A stretch of DNA of 32,000 nucleotides from Methylorubrum extorquens (GCA_900234795.1 LT962688.1:1950001-1982000); one strand, 5' to 3'. Numbered from the stretch's first letter, positions 17,701 through 24,879 are shown. Numbers and translations are program-made. The notes: generated by a model not told the origin, from the sequence alone.

Positions 17701-18742
17701 CCTTGATGTCGGCCCATGTGGCGAGCCCACCGTTGCTGCCCTCCAGCAGGTGTCCGGAGGCGATCGGTTTGCCGTCGGGTCCGGCAATATACTCCCGCAT
17801 GAAGACCTGCTTCGATGCGGTCGAGGCATAGGTCTGGTTCTGATCGACCCAGGGCGTGGTCAGATTCTTGGGGCCGGCGCCGTCGTCCGCCGTTCCGAGA
17901 ATCCCGTCCGCGCCGGCCTCGACGGTGACGCGGGTCAGCGGAATGTAGTTCTGCCCGCCGGGCACATAGAGCGGGTCGTCGGGGGACAGCGGCACGTAGA
18001 CGGTGCCGTTTCCACCCTTGGCGACGAGGTCGAGGCCGTGATCGAAGAACTGGCCGAAGATCGTCATCCAGCCGTTGAACGGTGACGACAATCCTTCGTC
18101 GGGCGAGACATTCGGCAGATAGACGGTGTTTCCATCCATCCCCACGCCGTACTGAGCCAACTTGGCATCGAGGGCTGCTGTGGCAGCCGGATCAGTCGGT
18201 GCCGACTTCGCTGCATTGTGCGCGCCGACGATCTCACTCAGCGCCGTCATCAGCGGCTGACCTGCCAGACCGGCATGGGTCAGCGCCGCCGCGATCGCGG
18301 CCGGATTGTCCAGGGTCTGATCCACGATCAGGTTCGAGATGATCCGCGGATCAGCGTCGATGACCGTGCCGCTGCCGGGACCGGGCTGAGATCCGGACCG
18401 GACGCCGGCATTGGCGTAGTCGTTGTTGGAGTACCACGTCTCGACGTTGGGCAGCGGATTGAAGTCGTAGCGGTCGCCATCCGCGTCGTTGATGTAGGAG
18501 GGGGTGAAGAGGCCGGGAAAGCTCTGATCCGAGGCGCCCCAATTCTCGCGTCCCGGAAGCAGATTGTTGTAGCTGCCATCGACGGTGCGGAGGCCATAGG
18601 GGAGCAGATGCGCCTGGGTCAGCCCATCATTACCGTTGTATCCGGCGACCAATTCGGCCAGAACGCCACCTTGAGCGTGCGCTTCCGCGATTTCAATCTG
18701 TCTAAGAATGAACTCGAGATCGTGCTTGACGAGCGCAACCAT
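11714..18742 (-). CDS. giant multidomain haem peroxidase (peroxidase-cyclooxygenase superfamily, peroxicin-like) with RTX Ca-binding repeats and C-terminal 38-aa repeats
   Basis: The uninterrupted ORF runs 11714..18883 (2389 aa from a TTG). Peroxidase motifs, numbered from that ORF: GLRTVDGSYNNL (aa 97-108); FGQFFDH (Q278/D281/H282, distal); GDGRANEN..HQVFHSEHNR (R532/E535); VYRFGHSM (H654, proximal). GGxGxD nonapeptide blocks lie at aa ~998-1166, 1318-1340, 1629-1689 and 1759-1807. I favour the ATG at 18742 (MVALVKHDLEFIL..), which has a GGGGG stretch 5 nt upstream. An ATG at 18820 is the alternative. Confidence 0.9.
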   Translation of the reverse strand: MVALVKHDLEFILRQIEIAEAHAQGGVLAELVAGYNGNDGLTQAHLLPYGLRTVDGSYNNLLPGRENWGASDQSFPGLFTPSYINDADGDRYDFNPLPNVETWYSNNDYANAGVRSGSQPGPGSGTVIDADPRIISNLIVDQTLDNPAAIAAALTHAGLAGQPLMTALSEIVGAHNAAKSAPTDPAATAALDAKLAQYGVGMDGNTVYLPNVSPDEGLSSPFNGWMTIFGQFFDHGLDLVAKGGNGTVYVPLSPDDPLYVPGGQNYIPLTRVTVEAGADGILGTADDGAGPKNLTTPWVDQNQTYASTASKQVFMREYIAGPDGKPIASGHLLEGSNGGLATWADIKAQAKTVLGIELTDLNVGNIPLVAADPYGNFIPGPNGYPQLVVGMGPDGLLGTADDVLREGNPTAPVSAQGVVLTGHAFLDDIAHAAVPVIAGGVLQADGDAALGYANADGTPGPQGPRGATAYDNELLDRHFVAGDGRANENIALTAVHQVFHSEHNRVVEMTKQIALDSGDLAFLNQWLLVDVEAMPTTEAERAALVWDGERLFQAGRFTNEMEYQHLVFEEFGRMMQPDIDAFVFEPSADINPSIAAEFAHVVYRFGHSMLRQDIAVIGIDADGKPVQNDISLFDGFLNPIMYDSLGDAEAASGAIIRGMSRQTGSEIDEFVTDVLRNQLLGIPLDLATINLARGRDVGTPTLNVARERFFEETGDTLLKPYESWADFALNLKNPASIINFIAAYGNHASVLNTADAPRTVADLRAAATKLVLGDSTLTDDAKAAFDADRLDFLNHTGAYGGDGSLGGLNTVDFWMGGLAEKKMAFGGMLGSTFSFVFQMTMENLQDADRFYYLSRTQGLNLLNELENNTFAELVMRNTDLGDAHSTALPGNLFSAFQMPTLELDISKQLGADPVSDDPFLGGFSKLIERVDANGDGIAESIRVNSNEHFTIGGTEGNDIIVSGGGDDAIWGKAGDDRIEAGYGVDKVFGGAGDDIITNAGTDIGEADFLHGNEGNDVIHGGSGLSLLFGNQGNDFIVTGPDGKEAFAGTGDDFVLGGSGGDVLLGNEGDDWLEGGQRFDSLSGENSELFFNSTIIGHDVLNGGSGDTDYDGESGDDIMFQNSEGIQRSNGMAGFDWAVHKGDSQAANSNLGIPIFATQEAFILRDRFDLVEGLSGWKQDDVLTGRITAVNTRAELEGTAAIPGPNAPLDSYSNDLLAKNVALISGLAPLVAHLGAGVPVTRVVNGQTVPILDENGVQERVVFSTADASDILLGGGGSDVITGLAGNDIIDGDRWLNVRIRFVEEGIAYTVDEMAGQVYLEAEYVNGAPAPNAVPQFGGRPLTDLMFNRTINPGQLAIVREIVDGDASNSAVDIAVYRDVLANYDFTQNADGSITVAHRVAATVDPTPEDDPAGETPEGEAEPDANSDGIDRLSNIEKLRFSDGNGGTVEYFLNQLPFPATGVPVIVDATPTNGRVSPTEGLPLTVDTSAIQDVNGLGAFSYQWQASANGGTTWRDLQVSATGNAFTPNDGVLGVGSQVGEILRVRVGFTDGAGHQEVLFSAPTGIVGDNWDAIPFVANTFNGTQGDDIADGTSGFFGLGANDTLNGNAGNDILNGAGGNDTLNGGAGDDRLDGGTGTDVAVFAGPVANFALGSSGTNLVVTDLTGAEGTDTLSTIETLRFAGANYTVVAGTTGNNTGLNGASGAAGSQAVFGFAGNDALNGGAASDHLVGGQGNDTIRGDAGGDTIYWTAGDGRDLVNGDTTATNIAGSVDTMKVIGDTTAETFRIYTRAAALEVGIADLNANTEIVITRNGTTSASVVAELDNIEEIVINGRGGGDLFVPIGDFTGTSLLTSTITLEGSEGDDTVDITALSSAHRVVFRSNGGNDTLVGNLRPQDIIELPDGATSAEYEIRTDATNGVTMMTRGDDSICFTSPGGLPHFGSGRKHDDDDDLIEADYEDDHHGDHDDEDDYRPDDGPHDPVTGQPPMNPPGTDGPGTSQPSPVGAIFVGGVENNTFTGTARNDSFNGGGGTDRAILNFAFGAALVSVAADGATVITGPDGSDTFRGIEVYQFSDRTIDTADGSPLVDDLFYFSRYGDVAAAGIDADTHYAEYGFREGRDPNAFFSTKGYLAANPDVQAAGLNPLSHYEQYGFREGRDPGVNFDNEAYYAANPDVKAAGLNPLRHYLEYGQGEGRSADEAVGRVADLSAAQGFDAEFYLLGNLDVAEAAIAAGGDSFAFALNHYSRYGIAEGRDPNAVFDTDGYLDAYADVQTAGINPLTHYIQYGAREGRDPSIDFDTTAYLAANQDVQAAGLNPMLHYLQYGLYEGRLPQNDSSFGAGIIG
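11756..12484 (-). repeat. six tandem ~38-aa (~114-nt) repeats at the C-terminus of the giant protein
   Basis: Consensus by eye: F(D/S)xxxYLaANPDVqAAGlNPLxHYxxYGxxEGRDPxxx. The copies are at aa 2134-2170, 2171-2208, 2209-2245, 2259-2304, 2305-2342 and 2343-2380. The periodicity is also visible at DNA level (recurring gccctcgcggaagccgtac.. units). Confidence 0.75.
15386..15892 (-). repeat. largest RTX (haemolysin-type Ca-binding, GGxGxDxUx) nonapeptide block inside the giant CDS
   Basis: The block reads GGTEGNDIIVSGGGDDAIWGKAGDDRIEAGYGVDKVFGGAGDDII..HGNEGNDVIHGGSG..GNQGNDFI..GTGDDFVLGGSGGDVLLGNEGDDWLEGG..NGGSGDTDYDGESGDD. Further blocks lie at nt 13817-13999 and 13463-13609. Confidence 0.85.
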
Positions 18743-19003
18743 TATAGCCCCCATGATAACGAGCGTCCGCATCGCGAAAAGCGAACGCCGATTGTCAAAA
18801 GACCAAAGACGCCGCTTCATCAAAGCTTGAGCGCCAGATCCTATAGTCAGAGCGACTATGGCTATCGAGTAGTTTCTGCCCAAATTCTAGTCAATATTGG
18901 CGAGGAAATATCCAGGAAACTAGTACGGAAGGTCATGATTCCTACGAACTTGGGTGACTGCGTCGACTATTGCGCGTCGGTGCTCTACTCCGAAAGGCGC
19001 AGT

Positions 19004-19340
19004 TCAGGACATTAATCCGCCTTGCATGCTCGCAGCCTTCGCGGCAGCGCCTGATAGCAGCGAACCGGAGCCACGGATGGTCTTGAGGTCGGGTGCGAGG
19101 CGGTCGATCAGCCACATCAGTTCGACGTTGGGGCCGGCCTCACGCTCCAAGCAGCGGCTGGAGATGGCTTGGTTGAGGTAGCTGTGCTTGCGGATGCCGC
19201 TGACCTTGTGGGTCGGCAGGTTGTCCATGACGACCGTGTCGCCAGACTGACACCGAAGCGTTCGGCTGCTTGGTGTCGCGACGCGCCGATCTCGACCGCA
19301 TGAACCACCCGCTGACGCAGATGGATGGACACCCAAGCGG
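19004..19340 (-). mobile_element. IS630-family transposase remnant, internally deleted and frameshifted
   Basis: An N-terminal HTH piece (HLRQRVVHAVEIGASRHQAAERFGVS, ~19246-19329) is joined directly to the third-Asp region of the DDE domain (GDTVVMDNLPTHKVSG, from ~19243). Degenerate C-terminal pieces follow in two frames (LPQPSHLQPL.. and ..WLIDRLAPDLKTIRGSG). Only ~340 nt of the ~1 kb transposase gene remain. Confidence 0.6.
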
Positions 19341-19488
19341 TCTTCTGCGCCGCGGCTGGCAGAGGTCCGAATGGGGGGAAAGCAGTAGTTCGGCGGGCGG
19401 ATGCCGCGTGACCGGAAGCGCCAACAGCCGACATAAGCTCAATGTTCGAAAGAGGACGCTCGCCGGTCACCCTCGCATCGCGAGCGAT

Positions 19489-20157
19489 TCAGCCCGATAG
19501 TGTGGCGTACTCCGCCAGCGAGGAGACTACGCCGTAGCGCATGCAATAATAGACGAGGTCAATGTCGGAAGACACACCGAGCTTTGTCTTCACGGCGTAA
19601 TGGTAATTCGCAACGGTCTTGGGTGTCACGTTGAGCGCGCTCGCGATCTCCTCGGTCGATTGAGCGTCGAGCAGCATCCTCAGCACCTCGAATTCGCGCG
19701 GTGATAGGCGCTCGAGGGCAGAAGCCTCCTCCTCAAGCCGCGTCAACGCAAGCGCGGACGCGATTTCCGGGCACATCGCCGTCTTGTTCTTCGCGACGTT
19801 CCTGACGGCCCCCGCCAGTAGCTCCGGCGCGCTGCTTTTCGTCATGTAACCTTTGGCGCCGGCGCGGAAGGCCTGGAGCGCGTAGCTCGCATTGGCGTGC
19901 ATGCTGAAGACAAGGATGCGCGCGTGCGAGTCCCACTGGCGTATCTGCCGGATCACGTCGATCCCGCCGCGGCCGGGCATGCTGATGTCCATGATGACGA
20001 CGTCGGGAGCGGCCTCCTTGTAGAGCCGATAGGCCCCGATTCCATCGCCGGCCTCCGCGATCACCGCGATGTCGCCTTCCTTGTCGAGAAGCCGCCGATA
20101 GCCTTCGCGCACGATGGCGTGGTCGTCGACCAGCATCACCCGGATCACGGCATCCAT
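19489..20157 (-). CDS. NarL/FixJ (LuxR-type HTH) family response regulator
   Basis: The REC domain has VMLVDDH..VVIMDISMPG..KGY. The C-terminal LuxR HTH is LSPREFEVLRMLLDAQSTEEIASALNVTPKTVANYHYAVKTKLGV. Its ATG overlaps the kinase stop codon (TGATG). Confidence 0.9.
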   Translation of the reverse strand: MDAVIRVMLVDDHAIVREGYRRLLDKEGDIAVIAEAGDGIGAYRLYKEAAPDVVIMDISMPGRGGIDVIRQIRQWDSHARILVFSMHANASYALQAFRAGAKGYMTKSSAPELLAGAVRNVAKNKTAMCPEIASALALTRLEEEASALERLSPREFEVLRMLLDAQSTEEIASALNVTPKTVANYHYAVKTKLGVSSDIDLVYYCMRYGVVSSLAEYATLSG

Positions 20158-21671
20158 CAGATTTGCTCCCGCGGTTCGAGGGGGACCGAAAAGCTCACCC
20201 TCAGCTTGACGCCCCCTTCGGGGCGCTGAGCGAGGCTGAACGCGCCGCCGAGCGCAACAACCCGCTCGCGCATGCCGACCAATCCGACGCCGCTCGACGG
20301 ACCGGGGGATGCTGCAGGCGGCAGGCCGACACCATCGTCCGTCACGCTGAGCGCGATCAGACGCGACCGCTCTCCCGTCCGCGACGCCGATACCGGTCCT
20401 CCGCGAAGGAGGACTTCGACGTTTGCGGCTGCCGCGTGGCGCGCAGCATTGTTCAAGGCCTCCTGCACGATCCGGTAGATATGGCCGGCTGCCTCCGCCG
20501 GAACGTCATCGAAGCAACCTTGCCACCGGAATACGAAAGCCGCGCTCCCCTGCCTGGCATGACAGGCTGTCAAGGCTTGAAGGCTGGCGATGAGCCCGAG
20601 GTCGTCAAGTTCTGGTGGCCTCAGATGGGCAAGCGTTTCACGAAGCGCCCTCATCGTGCCTGACGCGAGAGCGACTAACTCCTGGCCTTCTTGGGCAGCC
20701 TCAGGCGCGGTCGCACGGACCGTTTTGCTGATGGAGGTCGCCAAACAACTGAGCGCCGTCAATCGCTGCGCGATGTCGTCATGGAGTTCGAGCGCGATCA
20801 TGCGCCGCTCGCGTTCTTGAGCGTCCACCAGCCTACGGGCAAATTCGGCACGCTCAGAGGTCGTCGCCTGAAGCGATTGCGCAAGATCGTTGAACACGTC
20901 TGCAATGCGCTGCAGCTCGCGCAGTCGGAAGGAAGGCAGGCGGCTTGAGAGGTCGCCGTCAGATAGACGATTGACGCCTGCGAGGACCTCGGCCGCCGGC
21001 CGAAGCGCGTGATCGACCACAACATAGACGAGCACGCACAACGCGCCGATCGTCATCACCAACAGGCCAAGCGTTCGCGTCAGCTCCATCCAAGCTGTGC
21101 GTGCGATCGTTGTCGGATCCAGCGTGGCGCGGATCGTCCCCCAGCTCTCGCCGCGATAAACAAGACGTCGTTCCGTCTGCGAGCGACCGACGAATAGCGC
21201 GTGGGAGGCGGCCACGAACCAGGCCGGCGGGCTGGAGACGCGCTCGTCGCTGCCGACGCAGCTCGCGTTGCGGACCTCGGTGACCGGGCCGAGGAGCTGG
21301 ATGCATTGTCCGGCGCCAAGTGAAAATTTTAGGACCGAATCCCAGTCGGGAAAGCGGTCGGCGTGATCGAGGCCTCGAGTGATCCGGATGATCTGAACCA
21401 TCAGCTGTCGTTCGACGGCTTCCACCACATCCTCGTTCCGGCGATCGGCTTCCGCGGCGACATGACGGACGGTCAGCGCCGCGCCGCCTACGAGGCAGAG
21501 CATGGCCATCAGGACGATGCGTCCGACCAAGTTCCATTTGAGGTCGAGCCCGCTTCGGCGGCGCGTTTCCCCGAGCGTATCGATCGCCGCGGAAACCGAT
21601 GTCTTCGTGGCGGCGGCCTTGCCCGCCGAACCCGGCCGGAGCTCGCCGAGGAAAAATGCCCAAGGGTTCAT
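20157..21671 (-). CDS. membrane sensor histidine kinase, HAMP + HisKA_3 (NarX/DesK-type) + HATPase_c
   Basis: Two TM segments flank a ~150-aa periplasmic region. The H-box is ALELHDDIAQRLTAL, the N-box is QEALNNAARHA, and the G-boxes are VTDDGVGL and GVGLVGMRERV. The ATG at 21671 is preferred; the ORF is open to 21812. Confidence 0.85.
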   Translation of the reverse strand: MNPWAFFLGELRPGSAGKAAATKTSVSAAIDTLGETRRRSGLDLKWNLVGRIVLMAMLCLVGGAALTVRHVAAEADRRNEDVVEAVERQLMVQIIRITRGLDHADRFPDWDSVLKFSLGAGQCIQLLGPVTEVRNASCVGSDERVSSPPAWFVAASHALFVGRSQTERRLVYRGESWGTIRATLDPTTIARTAWMELTRTLGLLVMTIGALCVLVYVVVDHALRPAAEVLAGVNRLSDGDLSSRLPSFRLRELQRIADVFNDLAQSLQATTSERAEFARRLVDAQERERRMIALELHDDIAQRLTALSCLATSISKTVRATAPEAAQEGQELVALASGTMRALRETLAHLRPPELDDLGLIASLQALTACHARQGSAAFVFRWQGCFDDVPAEAAGHIYRIVQEALNNAARHAAAANVEVLLRGGPVSASRTGERSRLIALSVTDDGVGLPPAASPGPSSGVGLVGMRERVVALGGAFSLAQRPEGGVKLRVSFSVPLEPREQI

Positions 21672-21856
21672 GTGCTGATCGCCATTCCAGTCGGGCCTGA
21701 AAAGCTCATCATGCCGCCGTCGCACGATGCCTCCAAACGGCTTCGGAAGAAACAATCCGATTGATGAGAAATCACCGTTTCGCGCAGATAAATTCAGTCT
21801 GGGCCAATGCACTCAAATAAATGTCGACTTGCTCGCCGATAATGCAGGGAGCCAAG

Positions 21857-22342
21857 ATGAGGAACAGTTTTACCTATGCCGCCGTGCTGGCTGCAGGCCT
21901 GACATCGACCGCTGCGGTCGCAGATCCTTCGGGCCACACGCAGATGATCACCATTTCGGATGCTGCTGCTGTGAAGTGGAAGCCTGCCCCTGCCGCTCTG
22001 CCCAAAGGCATTGAGATCAGCGTCATCATGGGCGATCCGGGGAAATCCGGTCCGTTCGCGCTGAGGCTCAAGATACCACCCGCGACGACCATCGCTCCGC
22101 ATACCCACGCAACCGACGAAACCGTAACACTGCTCAACGGCGCTCTCGTCCACGACATGGGCGAGAAGATCGTCGAAAGCCGCGGTGAGCCGTTCCGCGA
22201 AGGCGGATTCCTCTACCTGCCGGCCCACATGCCCCATTCCCTCTGGACCAAGGATCAGCCGGCGGTCATCCAAGTCAATGGCACGGGCCCCTTTGGACTG
22301 AACTACATCAACCCGGCCGACGATCCTTCGAAGGCACGCTGA
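21857..22342 (+). CDS. secreted cupin-domain protein
   Basis: The signal peptide is MRNSFTYAAVLAAGLTSTAAVA-DP. Cupin-like motifs are present (..IAPHTHATDETVTLLNGAL.. and ..YLPAHMPHSLW). A GGGAG sequence lies 5 nt upstream of ATG 21857. Confidence 0.7.
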   Translation: MRNSFTYAAVLAAGLTSTAAVADPSGHTQMITISDAAAVKWKPAPAALPKGIEISVIMGDPGKSGPFALRLKIPPATTIAPHTHATDETVTLLNGALVHDMGEKIVESRGEPFREGGFLYLPAHMPHSLWTKDQPAVIQVNGTGPFGLNYINPADDPSKAR

Positions 22343-22384
22343 TAGGGCCCGCCCGTCATCCTCGAAAATCACAAGCGGCTCGAA

Positions 22385-22616
22385 GTGAAGGGCTCCGACC
22401 TGGGACTGATGCCCCGTGCACTCTCGCTCGCCGGCGGCGCACGGCTCGCGTTGGCGGCGGATCCGGCCTACGCTAAGCCCATCCGAAACCTGGTCATCGT
22501 CCACGGCATGCTCGAGGATGGGGCCGGCCGGTGCAAGATTCACGATTGTCTCAACGCTGAGAGCGAAGGCGTGCCGGAGATGCAGCCACCGCTAACATCG
22601 TTCAAGAATGACGCGG
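22385..22616 (+). pseudogene. alpha/beta-hydrolase N-terminal fragment (degenerate)
   Basis: ..AKPIRNLVIVHGMLEDGAGRCKIHDCL..VPEMQPPLTSFKNDAA matches the pattern KPIxxIVLVHGxxxDGSxW...V..VQNPLTSLxDDVA of a common secreted hydrolase family. Homology then stops. Confidence 0.4.
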
Positions 22617-22830
22617 CTTGGTCTCGGCGCTCATCCTGGCATGCACCGGAGAGTCAATCAGGCCCGGCGACATCGGGTCGACGCGTACGGACGCCAATCC
22701 CAGCGTGAGGCCGCGGGCGACGACGGTGGCACCCATCACGCCCAGGCCTGCCTTGTCGGCGCCAGCGGGCGCGGGGCGTATTTTCTGCAGCCATGCCGAT
22801 TTGAAGGTCCGGTCAAGGATTGGACACCGA
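22602..22830 (-). pseudogene. short-chain dehydrogenase/reductase internal fragment (degenerate)
   Basis: ..ADKAGLGVMGATVVARGLTLGLASVRVDPMSPGLIDSP resembles the SDR segment YxASKAGLxGLTRxLAxEL..GIRVNAVSPGxIDTP. The catalytic Tyr is lost and both ends are truncated. Confidence 0.4.
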
Positions 22831-22959
22831 TTTAGAGTGCCTCGCAAGCCGCCCGCTGCGCTGCCGACTTCCCTTCGGTACCGGCAGCGCAGCAGGAGGT
22901 TTGTGGAAGACACTGAGATATCCGGCGTTGGGAACGTAGGCGCACGTAGGTAGTAGTGA

Positions 22960-23110
22960 TCAAGCGTGTAGGGCGGTGGCACGCCTGTCGGTGGTGCGGA
23001 TCGTCGCGCCCGAACCAGAAGCTATACGCAATAAATTCATCGCCAGTGCCACCTTAGCGATATGCTGTATTGCTCGCATCGCCGAGGTTTCGGCGAAATA
23101 TCGAACGTGC
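22960..23110 (-). mobile_element. possible IS1182/IS5-family transposase 3'-end remnant
   Basis: ..VRYFAETSAMRAIQHIAKVALAMNLLRIASGSGATIRTTDRRATAL resembles the conserved C-terminal ..RYxGxAKTxLQHxxTAAAxNxxRIxxWLxGxPxAKTRxSxFxxL. The match is weak and rests on memory alone. Confidence 0.3.
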
Positions 23111-23149
23111 GCCGTCGCTTCGATAACGCGGCTTTGACCTAATTCTGAT

Positions 23150-23902
23150 CTAGGCCTCTGATTTGAGCAGCAGCACGGCGTCGACGGCTGCATCGAGATA
23201 GGTGCGAGCGAAGCGAACACCGAACAGGTGGTCCAGCTCGTTCCCGCGAGCGATCTCCGCGACTGGTCCGTCGCCCATTATGCGCCCTCGCCCCAGCAGC
23301 ACGAGCCGATCGCAATCGCGCACGGCCTGCTCGATGTCATGTAAGACGAGGACGACGATCCGGTCGCGGGCATAGGCGTGAAGTCGCCGCATCAAGTCGA
23401 TGCGGTGGCCGATGTCGAGGCTCGCTCCTGGTTCATCGGCAAGCAGCACCTCCGGTTCGGCGATCATGGTTGCGGCGAGCAGCGCCCGCGCCCGTTCGCC
23501 GCCGGAGATGCGCGACCAGGGGCGCTCGGCAAGATCGACGAGATCATGGGTGCATAGGATCTCGTCGAGACGGCGCTCGGCACCCGGCATCCGGCTCGCG
23601 CCGAGTTCGACGATCGTGCGCACGCTGTAGTCCCAGGCCGGCTGGAACGACTGCGGCAAATACCCGATGCGGCGGGCGCGCTCCCAGGGCGGCAGGTCCA
23701 CGACGGGTCGGCCATCGAGCATCGCGACGCCGGCTTGCGGACGTGAAAGGCCGGCCAGCGTGCGCAAAAGGGTCGATTTGCCCGCCCCATTTGGGCCGAT
23801 CAATCCGATGAGGGCGCCGGGCTCGATGTCGAGATCGACCGCATCGAGCAGACGGTGAGCGCCTGCCGTCACACTGACGCCCTTGGCGATGAGGCGGGTC
23901 AT
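23150..23902 (-). CDS. ABC transporter ATP-binding protein (FecE/BtuD/HmuV class)
   Basis: Walker A is GPNGAGKST, the signature is ISGGERAR, and Walker B is VLLADEP. Its ATG at 23902 overlaps the permease stop (ATGA). Confidence 0.9.
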   Translation of the reverse strand: MTRLIAKGVSVTAGAHRLLDAVDLDIEPGALIGLIGPNGAGKSTLLRTLAGLSRPQAGVAMLDGRPVVDLPPWERARRIGYLPQSFQPAWDYSVRTIVELGASRMPGAERRLDEILCTHDLVDLAERPWSRISGGERARALLAATMIAEPEVLLADEPGASLDIGHRIDLMRRLHAYARDRIVVLVLHDIEQAVRDCDRLVLLGRGRIMGDGPVAEIARGNELDHLFGVRFARTYLDAAVDAVLLLKSEA

Positions 23903-24879
23903 GCGCGAAGCCTGCGGCGCAGCAGGACGAGGAAGAATGGTCCGCCCGCCGCGGCGGTGACGAGGCCGAGCGGCAACTCGGCTGGCGGCAGAACGGCGCG
24001 GGCCAGCCCGTCGCAGACGATAACCAAGGCCGCACCCGTCGCGGCCGAAATTGGTAGCAGCGCGCGGTGGCGCGGGCCGACCCACCAGCGGGCGATGTGG
24101 GGGGCGACAAGGCCGACGAAGGCGACAAGACCACCATAGGCGACAGCGAGCGCCACAACGGCGGCGCCGACCAGTACGGCGCGGGCAGTGAAACGGTCGG
24201 CAGCAAGTCCGAAAGCACGAGCCTGATCCTCACCCAGACCGAGGAGGTCGAGGCCGCGGGACAAAGGAAGGCTCATACACAAGGCGAAAGCCGATAGGCT
24301 GGCGAGCCCTGCGAGGCCAGTCCAGTCCGGGGTCTGGATGCCACCGAGCGTCCAGCTCAGAACGACCTGTAGGCTGACGCTTTCATCCGAAAGAGCAAGC
24401 ATCAGGAACGAGCGAGCCGCGCCCAGCATCGCCGCCACCGCGACACCTGCCAGCAGCAGGCCAGCGGCATCCGCCGCACCCGAGCCGCGCGCCACGGCGA
24501 GCACCAGCACGGTTGCGGCCCAGGCCCCCAAGAAGGCGAGGACGCCAAGAGCGAGGCTGGAAGGAAGGCCGAGCGGCACGAGCAGGGCGACGGTCGCTCC
24601 GATCGCCGCACCGCCGGAGGCGCCGAGCAGGTAGGGCTCGGCGAGGGGATTGCGGAACACCCCTTGGAAGATCGCGCCGCCCAGGCCGAGCATGGCCCCG
24701 ACGAGACCGGCAGCGAGCACGCGTGGCAGGCGCCAGTCACGGAGCAGGCGCGCCCGCAGGTCATCGGCTCCGCCGAGGACGTGGACGATCTCTAGCGGCC
24801 CGGCCCAGTCGTGCCCGGCCGCGAGGCCAAACAACAGGGCGAGAGCGAGGATGGCGGCAAACGGTAGGATGAGCCTCAC
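23899..24879 (-). CDS. FecCD-family ABC permease (BtuC/HmuU-like)
   Basis: The 326-aa product is multi-TM. The hallmark RNPLAEPYLLGASGGAA is present. Its GTG start overlaps the binding-protein stop (GTGA). Confidence 0.9.
   Translation of the reverse strand: MRLILPFAAILALALLFGLAAGHDWAGPLEIVHVLGGADDLRARLLRDWRLPRVLAAGLVGAMLGLGGAIFQGVFRNPLAEPYLLGASGGAAIGATVALLVPLGLPSSLALGVLAFLGAWAATVLVLAVARGSGAADAAGLLLAGVAVAAMLGAARSFLMLALSDESVSLQVVLSWTLGGIQTPDWTGLAGLASLSAFALCMSLPLSRGLDLLGLGEDQARAFGLAADRFTARAVLVGAAVVALAVAYGGLVAFVGLVAPHIARWWVGPRHRALLPISAATGAALVIVCDGLARAVLPPAELPLGLVTAAAGGPFFLVLLRRRLRA

Noticed and set aside
12530-18085. Three very long plus-strand ORFs (990, 468 and 387 aa) antisense to the giant gene
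   Set aside because: These are typical high-GC shadow ORFs. Their translations are Arg/Ala/Gly/Val-rich and carry no motifs. They overlap a strongly motif-supported minus-strand CDS for their entire length.
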